64,000 nucleotides of DNA from an uncultured Bacteroides sp. (GTDB lineage Bacteria; Bacteroidota; Bacteroidia; Bacteroidales; Bacteroidaceae): NCBI GenBank assembly GCA_944321465.1, contig CALULL010000004.1, forward strand, positions 21,451-85,450, written 5' to 3'. The position numbers and the translations under genes were made by a program. This document shows positions 19,082-27,709 of the stretch, piece after piece; position 1 is the first letter of the stretch; each line of letters starts with the position of its first letter. The notes beneath the pieces are model-generated. The model searched no databases. It was not told the origin of the DNA and was given only the letters and a program-made list of their open reading frames with translations.

Positions 19082-19279
19082 AACCCAAATCGGTCATTAG
19101 ACCGCCTTGCCGTGCGTTTGACGGTCTTTCTCCGGCTTTCCAAGCCCTTTCGTCCTGCCACCGGCATCTTGTCTGCCGCTTTGTCTCGACGTAACCCGCT
19201 ACGCCTTCGACAAAGACGACCGCCAATCTGCACGGTGGCAGAGCGAAATCGCTTTGGACTCTAATGACCGATTTGGGTT
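19082..19279 (+). repeat. MITE-like element, copy C2 (198 bp)
   Basis: AACCCAAATCGGTCATTAGACC ... GGACTCTAATGACCGATTTGGGTT, with all conserved internal blocks present. Confidence 0.7.
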
Positions 19280-19293
19280 AAAGCCTCGCCAAC

Positions 19294-19809
19294 CTACTTC
19301 TTCAGCACATGTTTTATGAACAGATAGCCGCCAAGCACCTGCAATGCCATACCCGGCAGACCGATGCGGAAGTCCTGCGCAGCCGTCAGGAAACTGCCAC
19401 ACATCAGCCACTCGCCCAGCGTGCCCACAACCTGATAGGCCAGCACCACGCCCAACAGCAAAGGCAGCGTGACGGCGCGGAAACGGCGGGCGGCATAACC
19501 GGCAGCGGCGGCCAGCAGTACCGACTTCAGCAGAATGGCAGGCACGACGGCGGGCGCGGGCATGCCGAAGAGCAACGAATTGACTACGGGAGAAGCCACC
19601 GCCGTGAGCAGCCCCACCTGCCAACCATACTTATAGGCACCCACCAAGGTGAAAAAATAGATGGGCAGCCACGTCACCCCGCCCTGAGGCACGAGGTGGA
19701 ACAACTGGGGCAAAGCGATGTTGCCCACCACAAAGAGCAAAGCTGCCACATAGGCCCTTGCCTCGGAATACCGATACGTGTAGAGTCTGACTGTTGTTGT
19801 TTCTTTCAT
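19294..19809 (-). CDS. ECF-transporter S-component-like membrane protein (substrate unknown)
   Basis: 171 aa with ~5 TM segments (ALLFVVGNIALPQLFHLVPQGGVTWLPIYFFTLVGAYKYGW...). ATG at 19809. The family call is from memory. Confidence 0.55.
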   Translation of the reverse strand: MKETTTVRLYTYRYSEARAYVAALLFVVGNIALPQLFHLVPQGGVTWLPIYFFTLVGAYKYGWQVGLLTAVASPVVNSLLFGMPAPAVVPAILLKSVLLAAAAGYAARRFRAVTLPLLLGVVLAYQVVGTLGEWLMCGSFLTAAQDFRIGLPGMALQVLGGYLFIKHVLKK

Positions 19810-19845
19810 AATCCTATCTGTGTTTTGATGTTCGTCTTCTTTACA

Positions 19846-19871
19846 GGCGGCAGACCGTTTCCTCTGCCGCC
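19846..19871 (-). terminator. 9-bp GC hairpin between the helicase and ECF-S-like genes
   Basis: GGCGGCAGA (19846-19854) pairs with TCTGCCGCC (19863-19871) around an 8-nt loop. Confidence 0.4.
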
Positions 19872-19872
19872 A

Positions 19873-19880
19873 CAAAGGTA
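19873..19880 (-). promoter_or_regulatory. Bacteroidetes -7 promoter box (TACCTTTG on the minus strand)
   Basis: The plus strand reads CAAAGGTA, 64 nt upstream of the ATG at 19809. Confidence 0.4.
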
Positions 19881-19977
19881 GTCCGTCCGGCGGTGTCGCC
19901 CGCAACCCGCATTACGGATTTCGTTACCAATATTACCGCCGCCGGGACAGCCGCCCACCTGCCGCTCCGCCGACGGC

Positions 19978-21222
19978 TCACGAACGCTTGCGGCCGCTCT
20001 TCCTGCGGCCTCCGCCCTTGCCGTGGCCGCCTCGTCCGCCACCTCCGCCTCCACGGCGGCTCGCTGCGGGGGCATACTCGGGGGCCTCGCCCAGCTCGGC
20101 GGGGACGGGTATCTTGTAGATGTCCTTGCCCAGGAAGCGTTCGATGCCCTGGAACTTGGTCTGCTCCTTCTCGCTGACAAACGTGATGGCCACGCCGTCG
20201 TTGTTGGCCCGCGCCGTGCGGCCTATGCGGTGCACGTAGTCCTCGTTGTCGTGGGGCACGTCGTAGTTTATCACCAGCCGGATGTCGTCGATGTCGATGC
20301 CGCGCGCCACAATGTCCGTGGCTACCAGTATGTTGACGTGTCCGGCCTTGAACTTGTACATCACCTCCTCGCGCTGCGCCTGCTCCAGGTCCGAGTGCAT
20401 CTCGCCCACGTTCATCTTCAGCTGCTTCAGGGCCTTGGCCACTTCCTTCACCTTCAGCTTCGACGAGGCGAAGATGATGGCCCGCTCAGGCGTCTGCTCG
20501 GCAAACAGGCTGCGGATGATGCCCAGCTTCTGATTCTCGTAGCAGACGTAGGCCGCCTGGATGATTTTGTCTGCCGGACGCGACACGGCCAGCTTCACCT
20601 CCGCCGGGTCGTGCAGGATGTTCTTGGCCAGCTGCTGTATCTTGGCCGGCATCGTGGCCGAGAACATCACCGTCTGCCTCTCGGCAGGCAGATGCTTCAC
20701 TATCTGCATGATGTCGTCGTAGAAGCCCATGTCGAGCATACGGTCGGCCTCGTCGAGGATGAAGAAAGACACCCGCGACAGGTCCACGTATCCCAGGCTG
20801 AGGTGGGCAATGAGCCGTCCCGGCGTGGCTATCACCACGTCGGCTCCCAGCGTCAGGCCTTTCTTCTGCTGCTCAAACTGTATGCCGTCGTTGCCGCCGT
20901 AGACGGCCACGCTGCTCACGGGCATGAAGTAGGAAAAGCCCTCCATCTGCTGATCTATCTGCTGGGCCAGTTCGCGCGTGGGGGCCATGATGACGCAGTT
21001 GATGGCCTCCTCGGGGTAGCCCCCCTCGGACAGCTTGTTGAGCACGGGCAGCAGGTAGGCTGCCGTCTTGCCCGTGCCGGTCTGCGCCACGGCGATGAGG
21101 TCTTTGCCCTCCAGCATCAGGGGGATTGCTTGTTCTTGTATCGGGGTACACTCTTCAAAGTGCATGGCATCCAGGGCGTCGAGCACCTGGTCGTTTAGTT
21201 CTTCAATATCCGAAAACTTCAT
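19978..21222 (-). CDS. DEAD-box ATP-dependent RNA helicase with a C-terminal RGG-rich tail
   Basis: Q-motif context, AQTGTGKT, DEAD, SAT and HRIGRTAR motifs, then a tail RRGGGGGGRGGHGKGGGRRK. ATG at 21222 (MKFSDIEEL...). Confidence 0.92.
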   Translation of the reverse strand: MKFSDIEELNDQVLDALDAMHFEECTPIQEQAIPLMLEGKDLIAVAQTGTGKTAAYLLPVLNKLSEGGYPEEAINCVIMAPTRELAQQIDQQMEGFSYFMPVSSVAVYGGNDGIQFEQQKKGLTLGADVVIATPGRLIAHLSLGYVDLSRVSFFILDEADRMLDMGFYDDIMQIVKHLPAERQTVMFSATMPAKIQQLAKNILHDPAEVKLAVSRPADKIIQAAYVCYENQKLGIIRSLFAEQTPERAIIFASSKLKVKEVAKALKQLKMNVGEMHSDLEQAQREEVMYKFKAGHVNILVATDIVARGIDIDDIRLVINYDVPHDNEDYVHRIGRTARANNDGVAITFVSEKEQTKFQGIERFLGKDIYKIPVPAELGEAPEYAPAASRRGGGGGGRGGHGKGGGRRKSGRKRS

Positions 21223-21242
21223 CTCTTTGTACAATTTGACGG

Positions 21243-21250
21243 CAAACTTA
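21243..21250 (-). promoter_or_regulatory. Bacteroidetes -7 promoter box (TAAGTTTG on the minus strand)
   Basis: The plus strand reads CAAACTTA, 21 nt upstream of the helicase ATG. Confidence 0.45.
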
Positions 21251-21381
21251 CGAAAAAATCCGCGAACCCGACGAATAAGAGCCTGTTTTGATTGCCCGGG
21301 CAGCCTTTTTTGCGGTCGGCCCGCGTGCGGTTTTCCGCCTTTCCCGTGCCCGGCGGCCACCTTTCCTTTGCCCGTCCGCTG

Positions 21382-21441
21382 GCGCAGGTGTGCTCCCTGC
21401 CGGGCTGTCTTGTGCCCGCAAGGGGGCGCACCTGTGGCCGG
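21382..21441. repeat. GC-rich imperfect palindromic unit (REP-like) downstream of the pilus island
   Basis: GCGCAGGTGTGCTCCCTGCCGGGC (21382-21405) faces TGTGCCCGCAAGGGGGCGCACCTGTGGCCGG (21411-21441). Homologous copies lie at 29178-29203 (inverted) and 37954-37990 (direct). Confidence 0.6.
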
Positions 21442-21656
21442 AAAAGAACACAAGCGCGGGCATCGCCATGCCTGCGCTTGCTCTGAAACGGCGTGCGGAC
21501 GATGTTCAGTTTTTGTTCAGAGGCACTACTTTCGCAAGCCATGCCTCCCACATAGGGTAGTATTCGTCCGCAGCCGCTTTTCCTTGCGTGCCCCTGCCGT
21601 CCTTGCTTCGTGCAAGCTCCGCGTCCGAAGGAAGCGGAAAGGCGCGGGCACGGCTG

Positions 21657-24600
21657 TCATTGCACCGCCACCTTGACCGCCGTCGTGCGCCCGTCGGCCA
21701 TCGTCGCGCGGACAACAGCCACGCCCGAGGGCAGTCCGTCGAAGCGGCACACCGAAGCATCGGCCGACGGCTCGGAGCCGTCAAGCAGCAACCCGCCCAC
21801 CGAGTAGACTTGCACGGTCCGCAAAGGCACGTCGGCCGACACAATGACTTCGCCGCGACGGACGGAGTAGGCCGTCAGCCGTGCCTCGTCCCCGCCCTGC
21901 TCGTCGCCGATGCCCGTAGCCGTCGAGCCGTCGGAGCGCAGGAAGTAGCGGCCGTGCGAGGCTCCTGCCAGCGTCAGCGTGTAGCCTTCGGCAAGGGGGG
22001 TCTCCGTGCCTGCGACGGCATCGTAGAGGCGCGGGTTGCGCAGAGCCGACACGCCGGTGAAGGTGAGCAGGGTCCGCGCCTCCTCGGCTGCAAACAGCCC
22101 AAAGGGCACTTGCCGCTGGCCGTGCAGGCGGTTGACGCTTGCCGCCACGTCGCCCGCCACGGTGTAGACCACGGGGGCGGCAGTGCCGTCGCCCGTCAGG
22201 TCGGCTATGAGCTGGGCGTCTTCCTCCGCACGATAGCCGTCGGTGGCTGCGTAGGCATAGGCCAAGGCCGCACGGCTGCGCCCGGAGGCGTTCTCGGCGG
22301 TGACGACGAGGCTGTTGGTGCCGGTCGTCCCGCCCGTGGCCGTGCCGAAGGTCTGCATGTCGGCGGTGAAGCTGACGGTGTTGCCGGTCGCGCCCTCCGC
22401 CTTCTCCACGAAGAAGGCACCGTAGGGCGGGATGGTGGCACCCTCTATGGTTTCTATCCAATGGCTTTCATCGTCAGCAGAGCCTACGGCAGGGCCGTCC
22501 TTGGTCTCTGTCCAGTACTTCGGCTGCAAATGCGTATTTCCATCAAAGAACTTCTGCAAGTCGAGCGGAGCCATGAAGGGGTTGCCCACGATGAGGTACT
22601 TGCCGTCCTGCGAGGGGGTAAGCTCGGCGGTGACGCTTTCCTTTGGGCTGTAGACAAGCGGATTGCTGCGGTCCAGCAGATCAGTCACCAGCAGTTTTCC
22701 GGCACCCTCTCGATTCAGCGTGCCCGTACTTACGTCGTACTTTGTATCGGCCTTCGGCAGGCGGAACTGCAAGGAGTTCCCGCTGCCTGCAGCTGCCGTC
22801 TTGATGGAGAAGCCGCCGCCGGGCACATAGGGCACACGGGCATCGTTGAAGACGGAGCTCCACGCGGCACTGAAGTGAGCGGGGGCTGTCTGTCCGCCCT
22901 GCTCTACGATTGTGGCCGACTGGTCCCAGCTGCGCTGGTAGACGGCGGGGTTGAGGCGGTCGTTCTCATCATTAAAGGTAATGTCCCTGAAGTAGGGCTC
23001 GTTGGCCTGCGTCCCCTTGGTGGTGGTGTACCAGTCGCCTGCCACCACGCCCTGCAGCGGGGTGCTTATCAACGTCCACTGCTTTGCCGGTACCGGCACG
23101 TCCGTCCACGCCCGGTTGTAAATCAGCTGCTCGGCGTGGAGCAACTGTGCGCCGGGCATGAAGTGGATGTCGCGGCAGATGTTCACGCGGTAGCGTTGGG
23201 TGGTGAGTTGGTTGTTCTGCTCGTAGACCATGAGGTCGTACTGTATGTTCTCCGTCGGGTCGCCCATACCCTCGGGACGGTTGTCCGAACCGGACCAGGC
23301 AGCACCGCCCTGGGCATATCCGCCGCCCTGGGCATATCCGGCCATGTAGAGTTGTGCACGGCTGTCGGCGGGCATCACGACGTTGGAGAACAGCATGGGC
23401 ACGAAGCCCTTCGTGTTGGCGTTGATGCCACCGTCGGTCACGTGGTCGCGCACCTCAGCGTCCGTCGGCGTATAGTGCAGCTCGCTGCCCGACAGGCGTT
23501 GCCAGTGGTCGTCGTTGTTCCAGTTGTCCTGCGCGGTGCCCGTCCACTTCAGGTACTCGGGGACGACCTTCATGCGGACGTTGAACGAGCCGTAGCACGA
23601 GTTGTACACCTCGTCCTCCGCCGCGCCCTTCTCCTCGAAGTGCACGGAGAACGTGTAGGTATAGCCCTCCTTGGGGGCAAACTGGAAGCCATTGGCCTGC
23701 TTGGAGAGGTCGAAGCGGAGCGTCATGTAGTCGTTATACGACGGCCCCTGCCCATACACCTCGGCACGAAGTTCCTCAATTTGTCCGATGGGCAAGCTGT
23801 ACTCGTTGAAGTCCGTGCCCGTGAAATAGTCCGAATAAGCCGGGTCGTCCGAGTCCACCAGATAGAGCATGTCCATGCCCTCCGAGGTTTCTATCTTGCC
23901 CAAATGAGTGGCTCCGTCGGTGATGATCACCGCTCCCCTTAAATCCATTCTTAGAGCAGTTCCGTTGCCGCCGACAGCAGTCTCCCGTATCTGCTTCAGG
24001 CCGATGCGGAGGGCGGGGTTGAAGTCGACTGCCGGATACGTCACCGTGTTGAAGCCCGGGTGGAGCTGCGGAGCATCGCCGCTGACGGAGAGCAGCACGG
24101 GGATGTAGTTCCAGCAGATTTGCGCCCACTGATCTTTGCTGATGCCCGAGCCTTCGGGCGGCACGAGCGTCTGAATGGGCTGGATGACGAGTTGCAGGCC
24201 GGTGTTGAGCAAGGTGATGTCCAGGTTCTCGCGATGGAGCACGAGGCGCCTGTGCATACCGCCCGTCACCACGGGCGAGGTGACATAACGCTCTATCAAG
24301 TTTAACTCCTCCTGGCTAAACACGACATCATCTTCTTCCTTCGGAAGCGTTGTCGCGTCCAGCTCGGTAGCATCGGGATAGAAGTGCCGGAAGTCGAGGA
24401 GCGCGGCCTGCAAGGATGTCTTGGCGGTCGGGTCGACGGCAAGAAACTCCTCCTTCGTGCCGAAGAACCAGTCGAAGTACACGCCTTCGTCCAGCACGTC
24501 GTAGGTGTCGTTGCCCTCGTCGTCCACACCCGTCGGCACCCGCAGCTGGGCCGAGAAGTTGAACACCTGCCCGGCACAGAAGGTCTGCGAGGGGTCTATC

Positions 24601-27600
24601 ACCTCGCCGTTCACCTTGATTACGGCCTCGGACTCCACGTAGAAGCGGGTCTGGATGCTACAGGCATCTCCCATCTGGGTGGCGAAGTAGTCAAGCAAGT
24701 CGGTATCTGACATGCCTCCATCTCCATCCTCCGGGGTGGCCGGGATAATGAGCATGATGTAAGGACGGTTGGGCGACAGCACCGAGTAGAAGTCCACAGT
24801 GAGCCGTCGGCCTGCGGCCTCGTCCTCCGAGCCTGTGCGGTAGAAGTAGGGCTTGCCGTCCTTCATGTGCTGGTAGGCAAAGAAGTAGTCGCCCTGGTCC
24901 ACGTCGTCTTCCTCATGCCCGGGGAACGTGCTGGTTCCTACGGGGTCGTTGTCCTCAAAGCGGTTCATGAAGTACATCGACATTATCCTTGTATTGATGA
25001 CCTCGCCGTCGCCAATCTCTACGATGGAATGGTCTATCGCCTCGGCTATGCTGCCCGGATGAGAGGCCAGATAGTTATTGTAGTCCGTCTCATCAATAAA
25101 GCAAAAGCTGAAACCGTTCTCCCCCGTGCCGCCTTCGCCGCCGAGACGCGACATAAGACGCTCCCAGTCCATCTCGATGTTCATGCGTGTACGCTCGTTG
25201 GTACAAGAGTATTCTTTCTGGGTGACGGCAGCACTGGGACGGCCTATGAAGACTTTGATGTCGTCCACGTAGATGTCACCACCCTTGGTAGAGGCCGAGT
25301 TGTTCTCTATCTGGAGCACATAGGAGGTGAAGTTGGCCGCCTCGTCGCTGTTGTTCATAAAAGAGAAGTACACCTGATACCACTGGTTGGTGTTTCTTCC
25401 CGTACCCGGGTCGCCAGCCTCAAGCTGGTCTGTGCGTCGTATCTGGCTGCTGGAGTGGCGGTAAAGGGGCGTATAGCTCCCGTCCTCATTCACGCCCATT
25501 ATGGTGAACAACACGGCAGCATCGTCGCCGGAACTCGAACTCTTAAGCCACGCCGTGACAAACAACTCAGACCCCCTACAGAGCTGTTCGTTGAAAGGAA
25601 GCCGGGCGATGATGCCCGGGCGGTCGGATGTATCTATGTAAAGGAAGTGCCCGTCGGGGTCCTTGCCAAGGCCCGAAGGAGGATCTGGAACTTCATTCAT
25701 ATACTCCGAATAACCGATGTAGGCATTCGCGATGGCGTAGTATCCCCACTCCACATACGTCGACACGCCTATTATGAAATCGCCGCTCTGCGAGCCATCG
25801 AAGAAAGCATAACTGCTGTGCTCCCACTCCATAGGGAACGGGAAATAAGCACGCTGGTAGCCTGCACCTCCGTATATGTCGGCCACCGTCGGGTCGTAGT
25901 TGAAGGTCAAGGCCGTGAGCGAGTCCAGGTTCTCGCGCATCCAAGCCGGAGAACGGTAGGTATAGTTCCAGTCGCGCCCCGTAGCCGCCGCAGTGCCCAG
26001 CTGTGCTACCTGGCTCTGCGTCAGCGGGACGGTGTTGTCCTCGAAGGTGAGGTTAAAGCGGGCTATGTTGTACGTCTTTTCCCTGTTATATTCATCACGC
26101 ACCTTCTTCGTTACCAGAATGGTGGCGGTGCTTCCGTCCTCTACCTCCCAAGATGTTTGTGCACCGCTCCGTTGCCGACGGAACTGAATGATGCGGTTCG
26201 CCCCACTAAGGTCGTTCGTCACGAGCGAGATGCCCGCGTTGTTGTCCGCCAGCGAGACAGTCAGCCCGCTGTTCTCATCCACGTCGGGAATGGCGTAGCT
26301 ATGCGCGTCCTTCGACAGTGCTACCAGTTCGTCGGTATAATTGGACAAGTGCTTGCTGGGGAAGGTGATGTCGTACTCTTCCAAGTACTTCCCGCTTGTG
26401 CCGCCTCCCTGATACTCTGATGTAGACAGCCGTCCGTGGCCGTTACGCCAATTCTCTGCCTTGTCCGGCGAGGAACTGTTGTCGCGGTCGTCCACACCCA
26501 CGATATAGAAGATGACGCGCACCGTCAGCGTAGGCTCGTAATAGCCGTTGTTGCGGAAACGAGCTACCCAATCGTCCCGATTAGTAATAGGATCACGCCC
26601 CGGATAGTCCGCCGTGAAGTCCGTGTAGCCGGACACGTCGCAGGCCACCACGTACCAATCGTTGTCCAGGTCGGGGTTGCCCGCCGCCTGCGGGAACCAT
26701 TCTTCGAACTCTGTGTCCGTGGGATAATAGAAGTTCATGGCCTGCACCACATCAGCGGACAGGGGTCGTCCTACATATCCGTTGGCAAACCTATAGGCAG
26801 TCCCGCTGATGGGAGTTAGCAAGTCCCACACGTTGTTTGCCCCCGTCTCGTTCGTGCGGAAAGTTCCGTCCGTTCGGTAGCTGTACCAACGCTGATAGGT
26901 CTGCACACTCGACGTTCCCCCGTTTCCCGACTGGCTTTTTGTAGGCAAAGCCAAGTCGATACTCTTCCCCTTGTGCATATAGATGGTGTCTATGTACGTG
27001 TGTGCCGCCTGTATGCCTTCGGTAGCCGAGGAGGAGATGGGGTCGAACCGGGGGCGGTCGTAGCTGAACGTGCCAAGGCTGCGTACAGGCAGGTTCAACT
27101 GCTCACGAAGGTCGAACCACTTGGGATCCTTATGCCGGATGACGGGGTCGTTACTTTCTGCCGCGAAGAAGTAGAGTTCGTTGATGAGAAGAGGACGATA
27201 ACCGAGGGCAGCTTTTCGAAAAGTAAGGCGCACATACGGAGCCGAAACTGGTTCGGAAAGTGTCACCGTGGCTACATTGTCATTATAAGTAAGGTCATAC
27301 TCGTCCCCTACTTGTTTAAATCCCGAGTTTTCATTATCACTTATCGATATTCTTATATGAGTCGGTCCACTTTGGGTAGACACAATCTGTATCCGTCCCA
27401 ACTCGGCATTGCTCAACGTATAAGTATCGTAAGGTAAACCTCGACTATTTTGCTCTGCATAGGTAGTCTCATTACCGTCTGTCATGCGGCTTGCATTATT
27501 AAATAAGCTCGAATGCCCCGGCCGCTCCAACTGGAGTGGAGTGTAGTTGGCACTGCCACTTTCCGTTGTATATCGGTTTCCCTCTACCCTATCCTGTCCC

Positions 27601-27695
27601 CACGCCCCCTGCACGGTGGCCACAGTCAGGGCCAGCAGGAGCAAGAGGGAGGAGGCGTGGCGGGCGAGGCGGTGGTGTATGCGTGTTGCTTTCAT
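21657..27695 (-). CDS. giant (2012 aa) secreted pilus-operon protein: Sec signal peptide, discoidin/CBM32-like N-terminal domain, ~1700 aa I could not assign by eye, T9SS type-A C-terminal sorting domain
   Basis: The ORF is intact. Signal peptide ...LLLLLALTVATVQGAWGQ with no lipobox. aa ~60-175 carry TDGNETTY...INELYFF, resembling F5/8 type C. The last ~75 aa, RLTAYSVRRGEVIVSADVPLRTVQVYSVGGLLL...LPSGVAVVRATMADGRTTAVKVAVQ, fit the T9SS CTD pattern. It starts 14 nt downstream of the preceding pilin gene. Confidence 0.85.
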   Translation of the reverse strand: MKATRIHHRLARHASSLLLLLALTVATVQGAWGQDRVEGNRYTTESGSANYTPLQLERPGHSSLFNNASRMTDGNETTYAEQNSRGLPYDTYTLSNAELGRIQIVSTQSGPTHIRISISDNENSGFKQVGDEYDLTYNDNVATVTLSEPVSAPYVRLTFRKAALGYRPLLINELYFFAAESNDPVIRHKDPKWFDLREQLNLPVRSLGTFSYDRPRFDPISSSATEGIQAAHTYIDTIYMHKGKSIDLALPTKSQSGNGGTSSVQTYQRWYSYRTDGTFRTNETGANNVWDLLTPISGTAYRFANGYVGRPLSADVVQAMNFYYPTDTEFEEWFPQAAGNPDLDNDWYVVACDVSGYTDFTADYPGRDPITNRDDWVARFRNNGYYEPTLTVRVIFYIVGVDDRDNSSSPDKAENWRNGHGRLSTSEYQGGGTSGKYLEEYDITFPSKHLSNYTDELVALSKDAHSYAIPDVDENSGLTVSLADNNAGISLVTNDLSGANRIIQFRRQRSGAQTSWEVEDGSTATILVTKKVRDEYNREKTYNIARFNLTFEDNTVPLTQSQVAQLGTAAATGRDWNYTYRSPAWMRENLDSLTALTFNYDPTVADIYGGAGYQRAYFPFPMEWEHSSYAFFDGSQSGDFIIGVSTYVEWGYYAIANAYIGYSEYMNEVPDPPSGLGKDPDGHFLYIDTSDRPGIIARLPFNEQLCRGSELFVTAWLKSSSSGDDAAVLFTIMGVNEDGSYTPLYRHSSSQIRRTDQLEAGDPGTGRNTNQWYQVYFSFMNNSDEAANFTSYVLQIENNSASTKGGDIYVDDIKVFIGRPSAAVTQKEYSCTNERTRMNIEMDWERLMSRLGGEGGTGENGFSFCFIDETDYNNYLASHPGSIAEAIDHSIVEIGDGEVINTRIMSMYFMNRFEDNDPVGTSTFPGHEEDDVDQGDYFFAYQHMKDGKPYFYRTGSEDEAAGRRLTVDFYSVLSPNRPYIMLIIPATPEDGDGGMSDTDLLDYFATQMGDACSIQTRFYVESEAVIKVNGEVIDPSQTFCAGQVFNFSAQLRVPTGVDDEGNDTYDVLDEGVYFDWFFGTKEEFLAVDPTAKTSLQAALLDFRHFYPDATELDATTLPKEEDDVVFSQEELNLIERYVTSPVVTGGMHRRLVLHRENLDITLLNTGLQLVIQPIQTLVPPEGSGISKDQWAQICWNYIPVLLSVSGDAPQLHPGFNTVTYPAVDFNPALRIGLKQIRETAVGGNGTALRMDLRGAVIITDGATHLGKIETSEGMDMLYLVDSDDPAYSDYFTGTDFNEYSLPIGQIEELRAEVYGQGPSYNDYMTLRFDLSKQANGFQFAPKEGYTYTFSVHFEEKGAAEDEVYNSCYGSFNVRMKVVPEYLKWTGTAQDNWNNDDHWQRLSGSELHYTPTDAEVRDHVTDGGINANTKGFVPMLFSNVVMPADSRAQLYMAGYAQGGGYAQGGAAWSGSDNRPEGMGDPTENIQYDLMVYEQNNQLTTQRYRVNICRDIHFMPGAQLLHAEQLIYNRAWTDVPVPAKQWTLISTPLQGVVAGDWYTTTKGTQANEPYFRDITFNDENDRLNPAVYQRSWDQSATIVEQGGQTAPAHFSAAWSSVFNDARVPYVPGGGFSIKTAAAGSGNSLQFRLPKADTKYDVSTGTLNREGAGKLLVTDLLDRSNPLVYSPKESVTAELTPSQDGKYLIVGNPFMAPLDLQKFFDGNTHLQPKYWTETKDGPAVGSADDESHWIETIEGATIPPYGAFFVEKAEGATGNTVSFTADMQTFGTATGGTTGTNSLVVTAENASGRSRAALAYAYAATDGYRAEEDAQLIADLTGDGTAAPVVYTVAGDVAASVNRLHGQRQVPFGLFAAEEARTLLTFTGVSALRNPRLYDAVAGTETPLAEGYTLTLAGASHGRYFLRSDGSTATGIGDEQGGDEARLTAYSVRRGEVIVSADVPLRTVQVYSVGGLLLDGSEPSADASVCRFDGLPSGVAVVRATMADGRTTAVKVAVQ
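23305..23340 (-). repeat. in-frame 18-bp tandem duplication inside the giant gene (encodes GGYAQG x2)
   Basis: CCGCCCTGGGCATATC occurs at 23305 and again at 23323. The protein reads ...YAQGGGYAQGGAAW... Confidence 0.8.
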
Positions 27696-27709
27696 TGTCT
27701 GTTTCCTCC

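Noticed and set aside
21588-23942. Long antisense or alternative-frame ORFs throughout the track. Examples: 21588..23942 (+, 784 aa), 24867..26420 (+), 29184..30959 (+), 33108..34739 (+), 35066..36580 (+), 3558..4892 (-), 5741..7117 (-), 38202..39875 (-), 43771..45669 (+) and 61140..63095 (-).
   Set aside because: Each lies opposite or out of frame to a gene with clear family motifs. Their translations are Arg/Gly/Ala/Val/His-rich low-complexity strings typical of non-coding frames in high-GC DNA. None shows a recognisable motif or a signal peptide.
21657-27695. A von Willebrand A / MIDAS domain in the giant protein, as in P. gingivalis Mfa5.
   Set aside because: Reading the translation, I found no DxSxS MIDAS motif in a Rossmann-like context. 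The nearest string, YIDTSDRPG, does not fit. This needs an HMM search to be definitive.
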